64,000 nt of DNA from IMG/VR virus record IMGVR_UViG_3300031972_002304, positions 2,522-66,521 of that record; one strand, given 5' to 3'. Shown here one piece after another: positions 38,104-46,688 of this stretch; positions within the stretch are counted from its first letter, which is position 1; every line of letters begins with the position of its first letter. This DNA comes from a virus. The notes beneath the pieces are model-generated. The model ran no database searches, had not been told where the DNA came from, and saw only the letters and a list, made by a program, of their open reading frames with translations. The position numbers were made by a program, and so were the translations under genes.

Positions 38104-39267
38104 TCACCGCGCCTCCTTCCGCTCTTCGAGGCGAGCGCCCGGCACCGGGGCGCCGGCCATCAGCATCTTGCCCGCCTTCTTGGTCAGGAGATCCATCAGG
38201 TCGGCATCCGGCTTCTGCCTGCCGCCCTCCGAGCATTCGAGAAGGAACCTCGCCACTGCGATGGGGTCGTCGAGGACGGCATAGCTGCGCGTGACGAGTC
38301 CGGTGGCCTGCTGGCGGCCGCGCGATGCCGGGCGAGCCGGTTCTGCCGCGGCGCCGGCGAGATCGCCGTTCTGCTCGGCTTCCTTCTGCCGTCGCTCGGC
38401 CTCCGCCTGCTCCTTCTCCCTGCGCTCCCTGTCGAGCTTCAGCCGATATGGCTCGCACGCCTTCTTGGCGCGGCGCTTCTGGTCTTCGGCCTCGCCGATC
38501 GGCGGCTTCCAGACCTTGTTGATCTCCTTCACCTGCTCGTTCAGCGGGCGAACGCGGGCGTCACGGGCATTGTCCATGCGCTTGGCGATGTCGGCCATCT
38601 TGTCGCCGATGTCCGCCACGCGCTTCTCGTGGTCGGCGGTCATCGGGTCGCCGTCCTTCAGCTCGGCGTCGAGCTTGCGCTGCCATGTGGCGAGTTCCTC
38701 GCGGAAGTTCTCGATCTCGGTGTCGATGCCATCGGCGCCGGCAGAGTTGTCGCCGATCGTGGCGCGCGGGTTCGGCTCGTCATCGGACGATTTACCGGCC
38801 GCCTCAGACGCCTGGGTTTTCTCGGCTTTTTGCCCCTTCGCCTTCGATCCACGGCCGGGCAGACCGACGCCAGCCGGCGCCTTCTCCTCGGCCTTCTTCG
38901 GCTTCTCGGCTGTGGACTGCTTCTCGCCGTTGATCTCGACGATGACCTCGTCCGGCCACTCGCCATGTTCGGTCTTCGCGACATAGGCCTCGTGGGAGAC
39001 AGGCTGGCGGCAGAACCACGTCCACTGCGCGCGGGCCCGGTCCTCGCTGACGACCTCGTCGCCGATCTTGCAGAGGAGGTCGCCGCTATCCTGGTCATAC
39101 CAGATAGCCACCGGCTTGGAGCCGTCCTTCGGCTTCGTCCGGTAGAAGCCGGTCATCACGTCGACCTCGTGGATCGGAAGCTCCGGAGTGCCGATCTTCG
39201 AAGGATCGGCGATGGCGGCCATCCACCAGTCCCAGCCGGCGGGTTCAAACGTCTGCGCAGCGCTCAT
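38104..39267 (-). CDS. Hypothetical protein (coiled-coil, recombination operon)
   Basis: AGGAG RBS; GFYR..PVAIW N-terminus; VPGA C-terminus. Confidence 0.7.
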   Translation of the reverse strand: MSAAQTFEPAGWDWWMAAIADPSKIGTPELPIHEVDVMTGFYRTKPKDGSKPVAIWYDQDSGDLLCKIGDEVVSEDRARAQWTWFCRQPVSHEAYVAKTEHGEWPDEVIVEINGEKQSTAEKPKKAEEKAPAGVGLPGRGSKAKGQKAEKTQASEAAGKSSDDEPNPRATIGDNSAGADGIDTEIENFREELATWQRKLDAELKDGDPMTADHEKRVADIGDKMADIAKRMDNARDARVRPLNEQVKEINKVWKPPIGEAEDQKRRAKKACEPYRLKLDRERREKEQAEAERRQKEAEQNGDLAGAAAEPARPASRGRQQATGLVTRSYAVLDDPIAVARFLLECSEGGRQKPDADLMDLLTKKAGKMLMAGAPVPGARLEERKEAR

Positions 39268-39311
39268 GGCGATGCTCCTGTGCTTTGGGAGGTGCGGCCG
39301 CAGCCGCGGGA

Positions 39312-39608
39312 TCAGTTCGCGGCCAGGCGGTTCAGAGCGCTGACGATCAGATCGGCGCCATCTTGGTCCGTCGCCGCGGCAAGAGGTTCAGCGAGGCCGG
39401 TAATGATCTCGAAAGTCGTCACGGCCTCGGAGACGATGAGGAAATCGGTTTCGTCCTCATGAGGCTCACCGCAGCCCGGGCACGGCTCGCCGTCGGTCCC
39501 AGCATGAAGGGTCTCCAAAACGCGATAGCGATTGGCCGGCCCGCGCTCGGCGGCCTGACGCTCCGCCTCTTCCATCGTCATGACCTGGATTTCGGGTCCG
39601 TCGCTCAT
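39312..39608 (-). CDS. Hypothetical protein, first gene of the leftward operon
   Basis: AGGA RBS; CPGCG motif. Confidence 0.55.
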   Translation of the reverse strand: MSDGPEIQVMTMEEAERQAAERGPANRYRVLETLHAGTDGEPCPGCGEPHEDETDFLIVSEAVTTFEIITGLAEPLAAATDQDGADLIVSALNRLAAN

Positions 39609-39641
39609 TGGCGCTCGTCCTGTCTGCTGGAAACGAGACGG

Positions 39642-39696
39642 ACGGTAATCGGATAAAAGCGACACGTCAACATCTTGTGTCGTTTTTTTACGATTT
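39642..39696 (-). promoter_or_regulatory. pL-like promoter with two operators
   Basis: TTGACG-N17-TACCGT on minus strand; TCG-N8-CGA operators at 39646-39665 and 39677-39696. Confidence 0.7.
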
Positions 39697-39811
39697 GAAT
39701 TATTGGAAGCGTCGCTTACCAATGCTTTTCAGATTGACCGACGGCGCATGTGGGCCGATAACATCCGGCGCCACGCAATCCCGCGTGCCGTATCAACTAT
39801 CGGACATCGTT

Positions 39812-40777
39812 ATGAAAACCGTTGCAAAAGAAAACCCTGGCGCCGCTTGCGACGGCAACCAGGGTCAAGGGATAGGCCAGGAAACAGTCAATCAGTACCC
39901 GAAAGGGCAGCGCAAAAGCAAGACGCTTTCGAGCGTCGAAAGCGATATTCTCGCCTGGCCGTGTGGCGACGTCGAGCGGCGCAAGATGCGCGAGGCGTGG
40001 AGCCTGCTCGCTTTCGGCCTTTGCACCAGCGACATTCAGGCGCTGCGGCTGATCCGGGCGATCGAGGCGAATGTGCATCTCGGGAGCCTTCAGTGCTGGC
40101 TTACGAACGAGAGGCTCGCGTCCCTCGCCAACTGCAGCCTCTCCGCGGTGAAGGACGGTCTTTCGGTTCTCGCCCGCCGCGGGGTGATCCGCTGGACGAC
40201 GGCCCTGAAGCGGGAGCACGGCATCATCACCGGGCGGAAGCGGGTGATCGAGTTGACGTTGCCTGTCGGGATGCCGGCCACGCTCGAGGCGATGCAGGCG
40301 GCTCTTGATAGCGATTCCACCGAAGGGTGCTCTGAGCAACCGTCGGAAGGGGCACCGAAGGGTGCTCAGCGTGTCTCACCGAAGGGTGCTCAGCGTAGCC
40401 GCACCGAAGGGTGCTCTGAGCAACCTACTCCCTTGATAAGAAAATACCCTGATAAAAATACCCTGAAACGCGCTGACGCGCGCGACGAAGATTCGATCTT
40501 CGAAGAGCATGTCTTCAACGGTTGCGGATCCCTGGAGTCGTACCGGCGGGATCTGACGAAGGAAGGCGTCTTCTTCGAGGGTGTCGCCTTTGCCGAGAAC
40601 CTTCGACGCGGTGCCATGAGCAACGCGAAGCCATGTTTCGACGACATCCATGGCTGCGGCAGCTTCGTTCGTCTTCCAGAGCCTGAGAAGCAGCGATTGA
40701 GGGAACGCGCGCTGGATGTCGCGCTGGCAAAGTTCGGGATGACCCGGGCGGATCTTTCGGAAGGAGCCCTGGCATGA
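39812..40777 (+). CDS. Replication initiator (O-like wHTH)
   Basis: CWLTNERLA..CS..VKDGL..L...GVI wHTH; internal iterons. Confidence 0.75.
   Translation: MKTVAKENPGAACDGNQGQGIGQETVNQYPKGQRKSKTLSSVESDILAWPCGDVERRKMREAWSLLAFGLCTSDIQALRLIRAIEANVHLGSLQCWLTNERLASLANCSLSAVKDGLSVLARRGVIRWTTALKREHGIITGRKRVIELTLPVGMPATLEAMQAALDSDSTEGCSEQPSEGAPKGAQRVSPKGAQRSRTEGCSEQPTPLIRKYPDKNTLKRADARDEDSIFEEHVFNGCGSLESYRRDLTKEGVFFEGVAFAENLRRGAMSNAKPCFDDIHGCGSFVRLPEPEKQRLRERALDVALAKFGMTRADLSEGALA
40318..40467. repeat. Iteron cluster / putative origin
   Basis: CACCGAAGGGTGCTC at 40318, 40353, 40377, 40402, then AT-rich tract with AAAATACCCTGA x2. Confidence 0.85.
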
Positions 40778-41091
40778 TCCACGACAACAACCCTCGGCCG
40801 TTCGAGAAGCCTTCCGAGCGGCTCTGCACCGTCATTCCGTTCCCGTCAGTGAAGCGGGTCCACAAGCTCGCCTATACGGCGCAGCGGCTGGCGGGCCCGG
40901 GCACCGAGAAGCAGAAGGCGCGGTGGCGCGATCAGATCTTCAACGGGATCGAGAACCAGTTCCTGGCCGTCGGCGTATCGCCGGAGCGGGCCGAGGAGGA
41001 GCGTCTTGCATTTGAGGCAGCGGTGGCGCGTCAGATCGAGCGGTGGCGAGATGCTGGCGTCTTCCCGGCAGAGGACGACGGGGCGGCGTGA
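40774..41091 (+). CDS. DUF6074-like protein
   Basis: VIPFPS..R motif; ATGA coupled to initiator. Confidence 0.6.
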   Translation: MIHDNNPRPFEKPSERLCTVIPFPSVKRVHKLAYTAQRLAGPGTEKQKARWRDQIFNGIENQFLAVGVSPERAEEERLAFEAAVARQIERWRDAGVFPAEDDGAA

Positions 41092-41147
41092 GCGGCCATG
41101 TTAATTTTCTCGACCACAAATGAGGCTGCAGAAATTATCGTGCCGCC

Positions 41148-41894
41148 TCAGCCGTCGATCCGCCGGCGGTGCTTCCGGATGATGTCGTCGACGATCGCGA
41201 TGATGGCGATCTCCTCGCCGTTGTCCGGTTCGTGGTCGGGGATGATCCGCAGGCTCTTGTGCGTGCCATTGCTCGAGATCGGCCGCAGCTCCTGCATTCC
41301 GTCCGGATGGCGGAAGAGCCGCTTCACGGTGAGCTCGCGCAGGTGGCCGCCGTTCCTGGTGCGCTGGACAACCACGTCGTCGCCGTCTCGCAGTTCGAAC
41401 GGGTAATCCCAGATTTCCCAGCAGACGATCCTGTCGCCCTCCTGGATGCCGCCGCGATCCATCGAGTCACCAGCTACTTCGTAAATGACCTTTTTTGCAG
41501 ATGGGAAAGAAGGGTCCATGGGGATAACGACGCTTTCTCTTGGCTCGAAATATTCGTCAATTTCCAGCCACATTCCGGCCTGCACAACCCCGGCAACTGC
41601 GACAATTTGCCCCGCAACTGAGGCGACGGCCGACTTCGGCACGTCAATTGGCCTGGGGTTGGCTGCCCGTATCTCGTCCTGCTCGCCGTAGAGGTATTCG
41701 ACGTCGCACTGCAGCACGTCGGCGAGGCGCCGGATCGAATCCCGGCGAGGGTCTTCTGTGCGTCCGGTCTTCACGGTCGAGAGCCAGGTCGGCCCCATGC
41801 CGGCGTCCATTGACGCCTTTCGCATGGACATGCGGACGCCTTGGCTGCGCAGGTCATCGATACGTTTTTCGATGCGGGAAAAATCAATCGGCAT
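41148..41894 (-). CDS. cI: CI-like repressor (HTH + S24 peptidase)
   Basis: N-terminal HTH; VQAG cleavage site, GDSM and TVKR catalytic motifs; AAGGAGG RBS. Confidence 0.92.
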   Translation of the reverse strand: MPIDFSRIEKRIDDLRSQGVRMSMRKASMDAGMGPTWLSTVKTGRTEDPRRDSIRRLADVLQCDVEYLYGEQDEIRAANPRPIDVPKSAVASVAGQIVAVAGVVQAGMWLEIDEYFEPRESVVIPMDPSFPSAKKVIYEVAGDSMDRGGIQEGDRIVCWEIWDYPFELRDGDDVVVQRTRNGGHLRELTVKRLFRHPDGMQELRPISSNGTHKSLRIIPDHEPDNGEEIAIIAIVDDIIRKHRRRIDG

Positions 41895-41907
41895 GGCACC
41901 TCCTTAA

Positions 41908-42029
41908 ATGTCGTTTCTGGGACGGCTCTCCTTTTCAGAGTGCGCGGTGCTTTCCAACGCACACGGCCCGAACTTTTTTGCAGCACAAAAGCGACATTTA
42001 GACTTGCGCGCATCGGATAAAAGCGACAT
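41908..42029. promoter_or_regulatory. Immunity region operators (pR/pRM)
   Basis: GCATCG-GATAAAAG-CGACAT 42010-42029 shares 17 identical bp with the pL site; further sites at 41978 and 41908 (half site). Confidence 0.7.
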
Positions 42030-42038
42030 AACGAAATC

Positions 42039-42437
42039 ATGAGCAAGGCACCCACTCTCTCGTTGCGGTTCTGCAACACCATCATGACCGGACTGATCGA
42101 CGCCCTCCAGGCGAAGATCGGCGGCGCGGACACGACCGTCTCGCGCGACGCGTGCGGAAACAATCCGGATGCGGTGAAGACTTTCCGTCAGTGGGATGGG
42201 GCGAACCGATCGCCGCGCATGCTGACCGCACTGACGCTCGAGCACCACATCCGGACGAACCTGGGCGAGGCGGACTATCAGCGGGCATCGATCCGGCTGA
42301 TCGGCGAGATGCTGGCGTCGTCGATTGGCGCGCTCGCAGAAGAGACCGGCGAAAGCGCCGAGGAAATCCTGGCCGGCTTCTGCCGCGACGTCGCCGGAAA
42401 GCTTATCGAACCGAGCGGCTCCAACCTCCTCCCATAA
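42039..42437 (+). CDS. Cro-like regulator
   Basis: First gene divergent from cI; call is positional. Confidence 0.55.
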   Translation: MSKAPTLSLRFCNTIMTGLIDALQAKIGGADTTVSRDACGNNPDAVKTFRQWDGANRSPRMLTALTLEHHIRTNLGEADYQRASIRLIGEMLASSIGALAEETGESAEEILAGFCRDVAGKLIEPSGSNLLP

Positions 42438-42478
42438 GCCGCTCGCAGGAGGCGGCGCTTCCCCCGGGCGCCGCCTCC
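42413..42478 (+). ncRNA. Cuckoo-like RNA hairpins
   Basis: GAGCGGCT-[CCAACCTCCTCCCATA]-AGCCGCTC plus a second hairpin with C-rich loop. Confidence 0.55.
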
Positions 42479-42510
42479 GACCATCAACCCCGAACAAAGG
42501 ACCGATCCCG

Positions 42511-43335
42511 ATGGCCGGACGAGTTCTCGAAAGCAACGACAACGGCGACGGGCCGACCGAGGAGGTCTTCACCCGGATCCTGAACGAGCACATCCGCCTC
42601 GAAAAGGAGGCGAGCAGCGTCCGTTCGAAACAGAAGGCGCTGAAGAAGAAGGCCGAGGACGACGGCATCGACATGACCGATCTCAAGGCGGCCTTGAAGC
42701 TCGTCAGCGCCGATCCGCGCGAGGTCATCGCCCAGCGGAATCGAGAGCTGCAGTATGCGCGGTGGCTGAAGGCGCCGGTCGGCGAGCAACTCCACATGCT
42801 CGAAATGCCGCCGGACCAGTCGAAGATGTCCGACGAGCAGCGCGAGCAGAAGTGGGAAGACGAAGGCTGGCAGGCCGGACTGATGGGCCGCGATCGCGAC
42901 ACCTGTCCGCATGCGCCGGAGAGCCTCGGCTTCCAGGCGTGGATGCGAGGATATGATGCCGGTCAGCGGAAGAACCTGTCCGGCATCAAGGGGCCGAACA
43001 ACAAGCCGGTGACCGACCCTTCCAACGCGCCGAAGCTGGACGGCACCGGCACCGATGCCGCCCCGAAGCGCCGCGGCCGCCCGCCGAAGAACCAGACCGC
43101 CGCATCGTCGTCCGAGGGTGAGAAGGGGGCGGCACCTCCCGCGCCCCCGTCCTCGGGCGACGGCGGCAAGAAGCAGCCGCCCGCTCCGCCGGCGCCGCCG
43201 AAGGCCGCGAAGCCGGACGAGCCCAAGTCGGAGCCCATGCCGGAGCCCATGCCGGACGCCGATCTGTCCGAGGAGGAGCGCAAACGCATCCAGGATGATC
43301 TGGACTGGCAGAGTTCCGGCCCCGGCGTCTCCTGA
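42511..43335 (+). CDS. GapR-like coiled coil fused to Rmf-like motif
   Basis: RLEKE..KKKAEDDGID..LK.ALKL; EGWQAG..CPH..AWMRGY; Pro-rich tail. Confidence 0.6.
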   Translation: MAGRVLESNDNGDGPTEEVFTRILNEHIRLEKEASSVRSKQKALKKKAEDDGIDMTDLKAALKLVSADPREVIAQRNRELQYARWLKAPVGEQLHMLEMPPDQSKMSDEQREQKWEDEGWQAGLMGRDRDTCPHAPESLGFQAWMRGYDAGQRKNLSGIKGPNNKPVTDPSNAPKLDGTGTDAAPKRRGRPPKNQTAASSSEGEKGAAPPAPPSSGDGGKKQPPAPPAPPKAAKPDEPKSEPMPEPMPDADLSEEERKRIQDDLDWQSSGPGVS

Positions 43336-43477
43336 AATCCCAGAGCGAAAGCATCCGAGGACAACGGCGTCACAGGGAGACCGGAGAGTGCCGGCCCCGC
43401 CGACGTGACGGGAGATGCGAGTAGGCCGAGCCGGGGCGGCGGTTCCCCGGCAGCAATCCGCAATCAGGAGAGCGGCC

Positions 43478-43930
43478 ATGGATACCATCGACCTGACCGA
43501 AAAGACGTTGAGAGCCATCGGCGGTGACCCATTCGACTGGCGAAATCACCGGATCAGCTATGAAGAACTTCAGCGTGCATCTGTCGTTCGGATCACGATC
43601 CACGGCGAGCAGCGGGTCGTCAAGAACCGCAACGGGCCGGTCACAAGTGCGGTCGACAGCGCGTCGGACGATCGCACCGCGAACAATGCCGTCCGCCACA
43701 AGTACCGCGTCCTCTCGGATGCCGAGAAGGCTCAGGTGGTCGCCATCAAGGACAAGGGCGCCGAGTTCCTCAGCCTGATCGACAGCCTGCGCACACCGCT
43801 GCAGCCGGCGCTCGACGCCGATGGCAATGACACCGGCATGGCCTACGGCACGATAGACCGCGATCTGAACATCGCCGCCGAGCGTGCCGAGGAAGCCGTC
43901 ATGTGGGCGGTGAAGCACATCACCGCCTGA
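43478..43930 (+). CDS. Acb2/Tad1-like nucleotide-sponge protein
   Basis: RHKYRVLSDAEK..IKDKG..R.L.IA....EEAVMWAVKHIT helical-hairpin motif. Confidence 0.7.
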   Translation: MDTIDLTEKTLRAIGGDPFDWRNHRISYEELQRASVVRITIHGEQRVVKNRNGPVTSAVDSASDDRTANNAVRHKYRVLSDAEKAQVVAIKDKGAEFLSLIDSLRTPLQPALDADGNDTGMAYGTIDRDLNIAAERAEEAVMWAVKHITA

Positions 43931-43940
43931 CGAGCAATCT

Positions 43941-44003
43941 CGGGCGGCACCTCCTCCAGCCGCCCGCGGAGGGGCTCTGGTCCCGGTCACCCTTCCGACC
44001 GGG
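43941..44003 (+). ncRNA. Cuckoo-like RNA hairpins
   Basis: CGGGCGGC-[ACCTCCTCCA]-GCCGCCCG and CCCGGTC-[ACCCTTCC]-GACCGGG. Confidence 0.5.
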
Positions 44004-44026
44004 CATCCTCAAACCGGAGAAAGTCG

Positions 44027-44203
44027 ATGTTCAAGTTCGAGATGAAGCAGGTGGTCAAGATGGTGGAGAGCGAGGAGACCGGAACCGTGATCGCCCGCGC
44101 CGAGTATGCCGCCTGCGAGAACCAGTACCGGGTTCGCTACAAGGCAGCCGATGGCCGCCAGGTCGAAAACTGGTGGGACGAGTCGGCTATCGCGGCGGCC
44201 TGA
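44027..44203 (+). CDS. Small SH3-like protein (58 aa)
   Basis: GGAG RBS; MFKFEMKQVV..GTVIARAEY..YRVRY..ENWWDE. Confidence 0.7.
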   Translation: MFKFEMKQVVKMVESEETGTVIARAEYAACENQYRVRYKAADGRQVENWWDESAIAAA

Positions 44204-44277
44204 CGAGTAGTCCCGCGCCGGCTTGGGGCGACAGGCGCGGGTGACTTTCGGTCCCGTTTCAACAGGAAACGGGCGCA

Positions 44278-44353
44278 GGGCGCTTAGCTCAGCGGATAGA
44301 GCACGGAGCTTCTATCTCCGGTGTCGCAGGTTCGAGTCCTGCAGCGCTCGCCA
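44278..44353 (+). tRNA. tRNA-Arg(UCU)
   Basis: Full cloverleaf: GGGCGCT/AGCGCTC acceptor, GCTC/GAGC D-arm, CGGAG-CTTCTAT-CTCCG anticodon arm, GCAGG-TTCGAGT-CCTGC T-arm, encoded CCA. Confidence 0.95.
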
Positions 44354-44377
44354 GTTTCACCAAACGGGGCTCGGATT

Positions 44378-44644
44378 ATGCGCAGCATCATGAGCAGGGA
44401 CGCGTGGCGCCGGTCGCGCGCAAAGCTGAGGCAGCAGGACGCCAAGCGCGCTCTCGCACCGATCCCGCCGTCCGCCGATCCCGACGAGATCCACTTCGCC
44501 ACCGACATCGACTTCCCCGGCATCTGGTTCGCATCGATGCCGTCGTGCCCCGGCGTGACGGTGCCCATCCACAGCAAGCACGAGCCGCAGGAGCCGATCC
44601 GCCAGGCTATCCGGGCCGAATACGAGAAGGACCGCAAGCGATGA
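44378..44644 (+). CDS. Hypothetical protein
   Basis: ATGA coupling to next gene. Confidence 0.5.
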   Translation: MRSIMSRDAWRRSRAKLRQQDAKRALAPIPPSADPDEIHFATDIDFPGIWFASMPSCPGVTVPIHSKHEPQEPIRQAIRAEYEKDRKR

Positions 44645-45159
44645 AAGCCGAATGCCCATGCTGCGGCGGGAAGGTCAGTCCGCACGACATCCTGATCGAT
44701 GAAGCCGTCGGCGGCGTCGCCCATAAGGGCAGGATCGCGCATTTCGCCCCCAGGCGGCTCGCGGTCTTCAAGCTCCTGCTCGACGGATACCCGGAGATGC
44801 TCACGAAGGACGACATTCTGGACAAAGTCTTTGGCGAGCGCGGGCGGGACAAGGAGCGGCTCCTCTCCACGATGCTGGCGCAGATGAGGCCAGACCTCGA
44901 GCGCCTCGGCCTGCAGACCGTCACCAGCTACGGCGTGGGTTATCGCCTCGCCTTCGTGGAGGAGAACCTCCGCCCATTCGTGCGGAGCAAGAACCGCCGG
45001 AGGAAGCTCGACACAGGCGATATCGCCGCGATCCGCATGCTGCGCGAGCGTGACAATCTGCGTGCGATCGACATCGCGAAGCGCCTGAACATCACCAGCC
45101 GCGCCGCCATGCTCGCCGTGTGCGAGATCGAGCGCGAAAAGGCGAGGGTCGTCGCATGA
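44641..45159 (+). CDS. OmpR/PhoB-type winged-helix transcriptional regulator
   Basis: CPCCG; L..MR..L...GL..VTSYGVGYRL; second HTH at C-terminus. Confidence 0.75.
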   Translation: MKAECPCCGGKVSPHDILIDEAVGGVAHKGRIAHFAPRRLAVFKLLLDGYPEMLTKDDILDKVFGERGRDKERLLSTMLAQMRPDLERLGLQTVTSYGVGYRLAFVEENLRPFVRSKNRRRKLDTGDIAAIRMLRERDNLRAIDIAKRLNITSRAAMLAVCEIEREKARVVA

Positions 45160-45380
45160 GCCAGGTTGGCCACGAAATGAAGCAAGCCATGGCGATGAAG
45201 GTGATGATGGAGGCCAAGCTCCAGGAGGTCAGCGCCTACACGATGATCGGCAACAGCCCGATGGTCGCCGTTCGGCGCGACGAGGCGCACGCGCTTCTCG
45301 ACGCGCACATGGATGCGCTCGAGCGGCAAATGAAGGCCGCCGTCGCCGAGGCCGATCGCAAGTCGGGGGAAGGGGCATGA
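45156..45380 (+). CDS. Hypothetical protein
   Basis: ATGA coupled on both sides. Confidence 0.6.
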   Translation: MSQVGHEMKQAMAMKVMMEAKLQEVSAYTMIGNSPMVAVRRDEAHALLDAHMDALERQMKAAVAEADRKSGEGA

Positions 45381-45724
45381 ACATGAAACCATTCGCCTCC
45401 GTGGCCGTAGCGACCATCTTCCTGACGGCGGCTCCCGCTTTCGCGCACGACGCGCCCATGGGCTGGCAGTACGATCGCTCGTGCTGCAACGGCACGGCCC
45501 ATAACGGCGATTGCCAGCGCATCCCGCATTCCGCCGTGAAGGCAGAGCAGGGCGGCTGGCGGATCACGCTGAAGCCGGGCGAGCACCGCCTTGTGACGAG
45601 GCCGCACACCTGGACCAAGGGCTACGACCAGACGCGCCAGTCTCAGGACGGCGACTTCCACGCATGCCTCTGGCCTGACGAAGACACGCTCCGATGCCTC
45701 TACGTCCCGCCGATGGGGTTCTGA
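45377..45724 (+). CDS. Secreted Cys-rich protein
   Basis: Signal peptide ending APAFA; YDRSCC..DC..SQDG.FHAC..CLYVP. Confidence 0.7.
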   Translation: MNMKPFASVAVATIFLTAAPAFAHDAPMGWQYDRSCCNGTAHNGDCQRIPHSAVKAEQGGWRITLKPGEHRLVTRPHTWTKGYDQTRQSQDGDFHACLWPDEDTLRCLYVPPMGF

Positions 45725-45726
45725 CG

Positions 45727-46338
45727 ATGAGCGACGTCGTCGAGAAGCGCGAGAAGAAGGCGCACCTCTGGGATCGAGACCCGGACGGCTGGTACAGCGA
45801 GCCGGAATGGGTCTGGCGCCGGTTCTTCGAGGAGGAGCCGTTTGTCGGCAAAATCCACGATCCCTGCTGCGGTCGTGGCAATGTCATCCAGGCGGCTCGC
45901 GCCGCTGGCCATGCCGCCATGGGGTCAGACATCGCACCGGCCGAGGAAAGGGGCGGTGACGAGCCGCACCTCATCCGCGACTTCATGACCGCAGACGTCG
46001 GCCGCATTCCGAACATCGCGAGCAACCCGGCCTTTCACCTCTGCGATCCGCGCGACGGACCGTGCCTTGTCCGGCGCGCCATCGATGTGACCGATGGCAA
46101 GGTCGCCCTCCTGCTGCCGACGCCGTGGGTCAACGCCCGCTCCTGGCTCCGCACCACGCCGCTCTATCGCGTCTGGTGGCTGACGCCGCGGCCGTCGATG
46201 CCGCCCGGCCGGGTGATCATGGCCGGCGAGAAGCCCGGCGGCGGCACGAAGGACTTCGCGATCTTCGTCTGGTGGATCGGTTTCGACGGTGCGCCGACGA
46301 TGAAATGGCTGCATCGCGACGAGGGGCGCGCATCGTGA
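45727..46338 (+). CDS. SAM-dependent DNA amino-methyltransferase-like protein
   Basis: DPCCGRG (motif I), GSDI, SNPAF (NPPF-like motif IV). Confidence 0.75.
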   Translation: MSDVVEKREKKAHLWDRDPDGWYSEPEWVWRRFFEEEPFVGKIHDPCCGRGNVIQAARAAGHAAMGSDIAPAEERGGDEPHLIRDFMTADVGRIPNIASNPAFHLCDPRDGPCLVRRAIDVTDGKVALLLPTPWVNARSWLRTTPLYRVWWLTPRPSMPPGRVIMAGEKPGGGTKDFAIFVWWIGFDGAPTMKWLHRDEGRAS

Positions 46339-46688
46339 TCATCCGCCCCTACGACTACGTCCGAGCTATCGAAGCCGCGCAGATCGACCTTTCGACGGAG
46401 AAGGCTGCGCAGGCATCGATCGCATCGGCCATCGCCGGCGTCTCGCCATCGCTCGAGCGCGAGGTGCGCCTGTCGGCCGAAAGCATCATCGACTTTTTCG
46501 GCGAAGGCCTCGGGATCGAAGTGAAGATCTCAGGCTCACCCATGGCGATCTTCGCGCAGATCGAGCGCTACGCCGCTTTCGACGAGGTGCAGTGGATCAT
46601 CCTCGCGACCAGCCGCGCCATGCGCCTGCCCCCGCTCGTCAAAGCCAAGCCGGCCTTTGTCGCGTCGCTCGGTCGGGGGTGGCTGTGA
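46335..46688 (+). CDS. PD-(D/E)XK nuclease-like protein
   Basis: EREV, IDF, GIEVK, QIERY motifs. Confidence 0.65.
   Translation: MIIRPYDYVRAIEAAQIDLSTEKAAQASIASAIAGVSPSLEREVRLSAESIIDFFGEGLGIEVKISGSPMAIFAQIERYAAFDEVQWIILATSRAMRLPPLVKAKPAFVASLGRGWL

Noticed and set aside
40318-40425. Direct repeats as a mini CRISPR array
   Set aside because: 15-bp units with 9-20 nt spacing inside an initiator ORF; they fit iterons, and no cas genes are present
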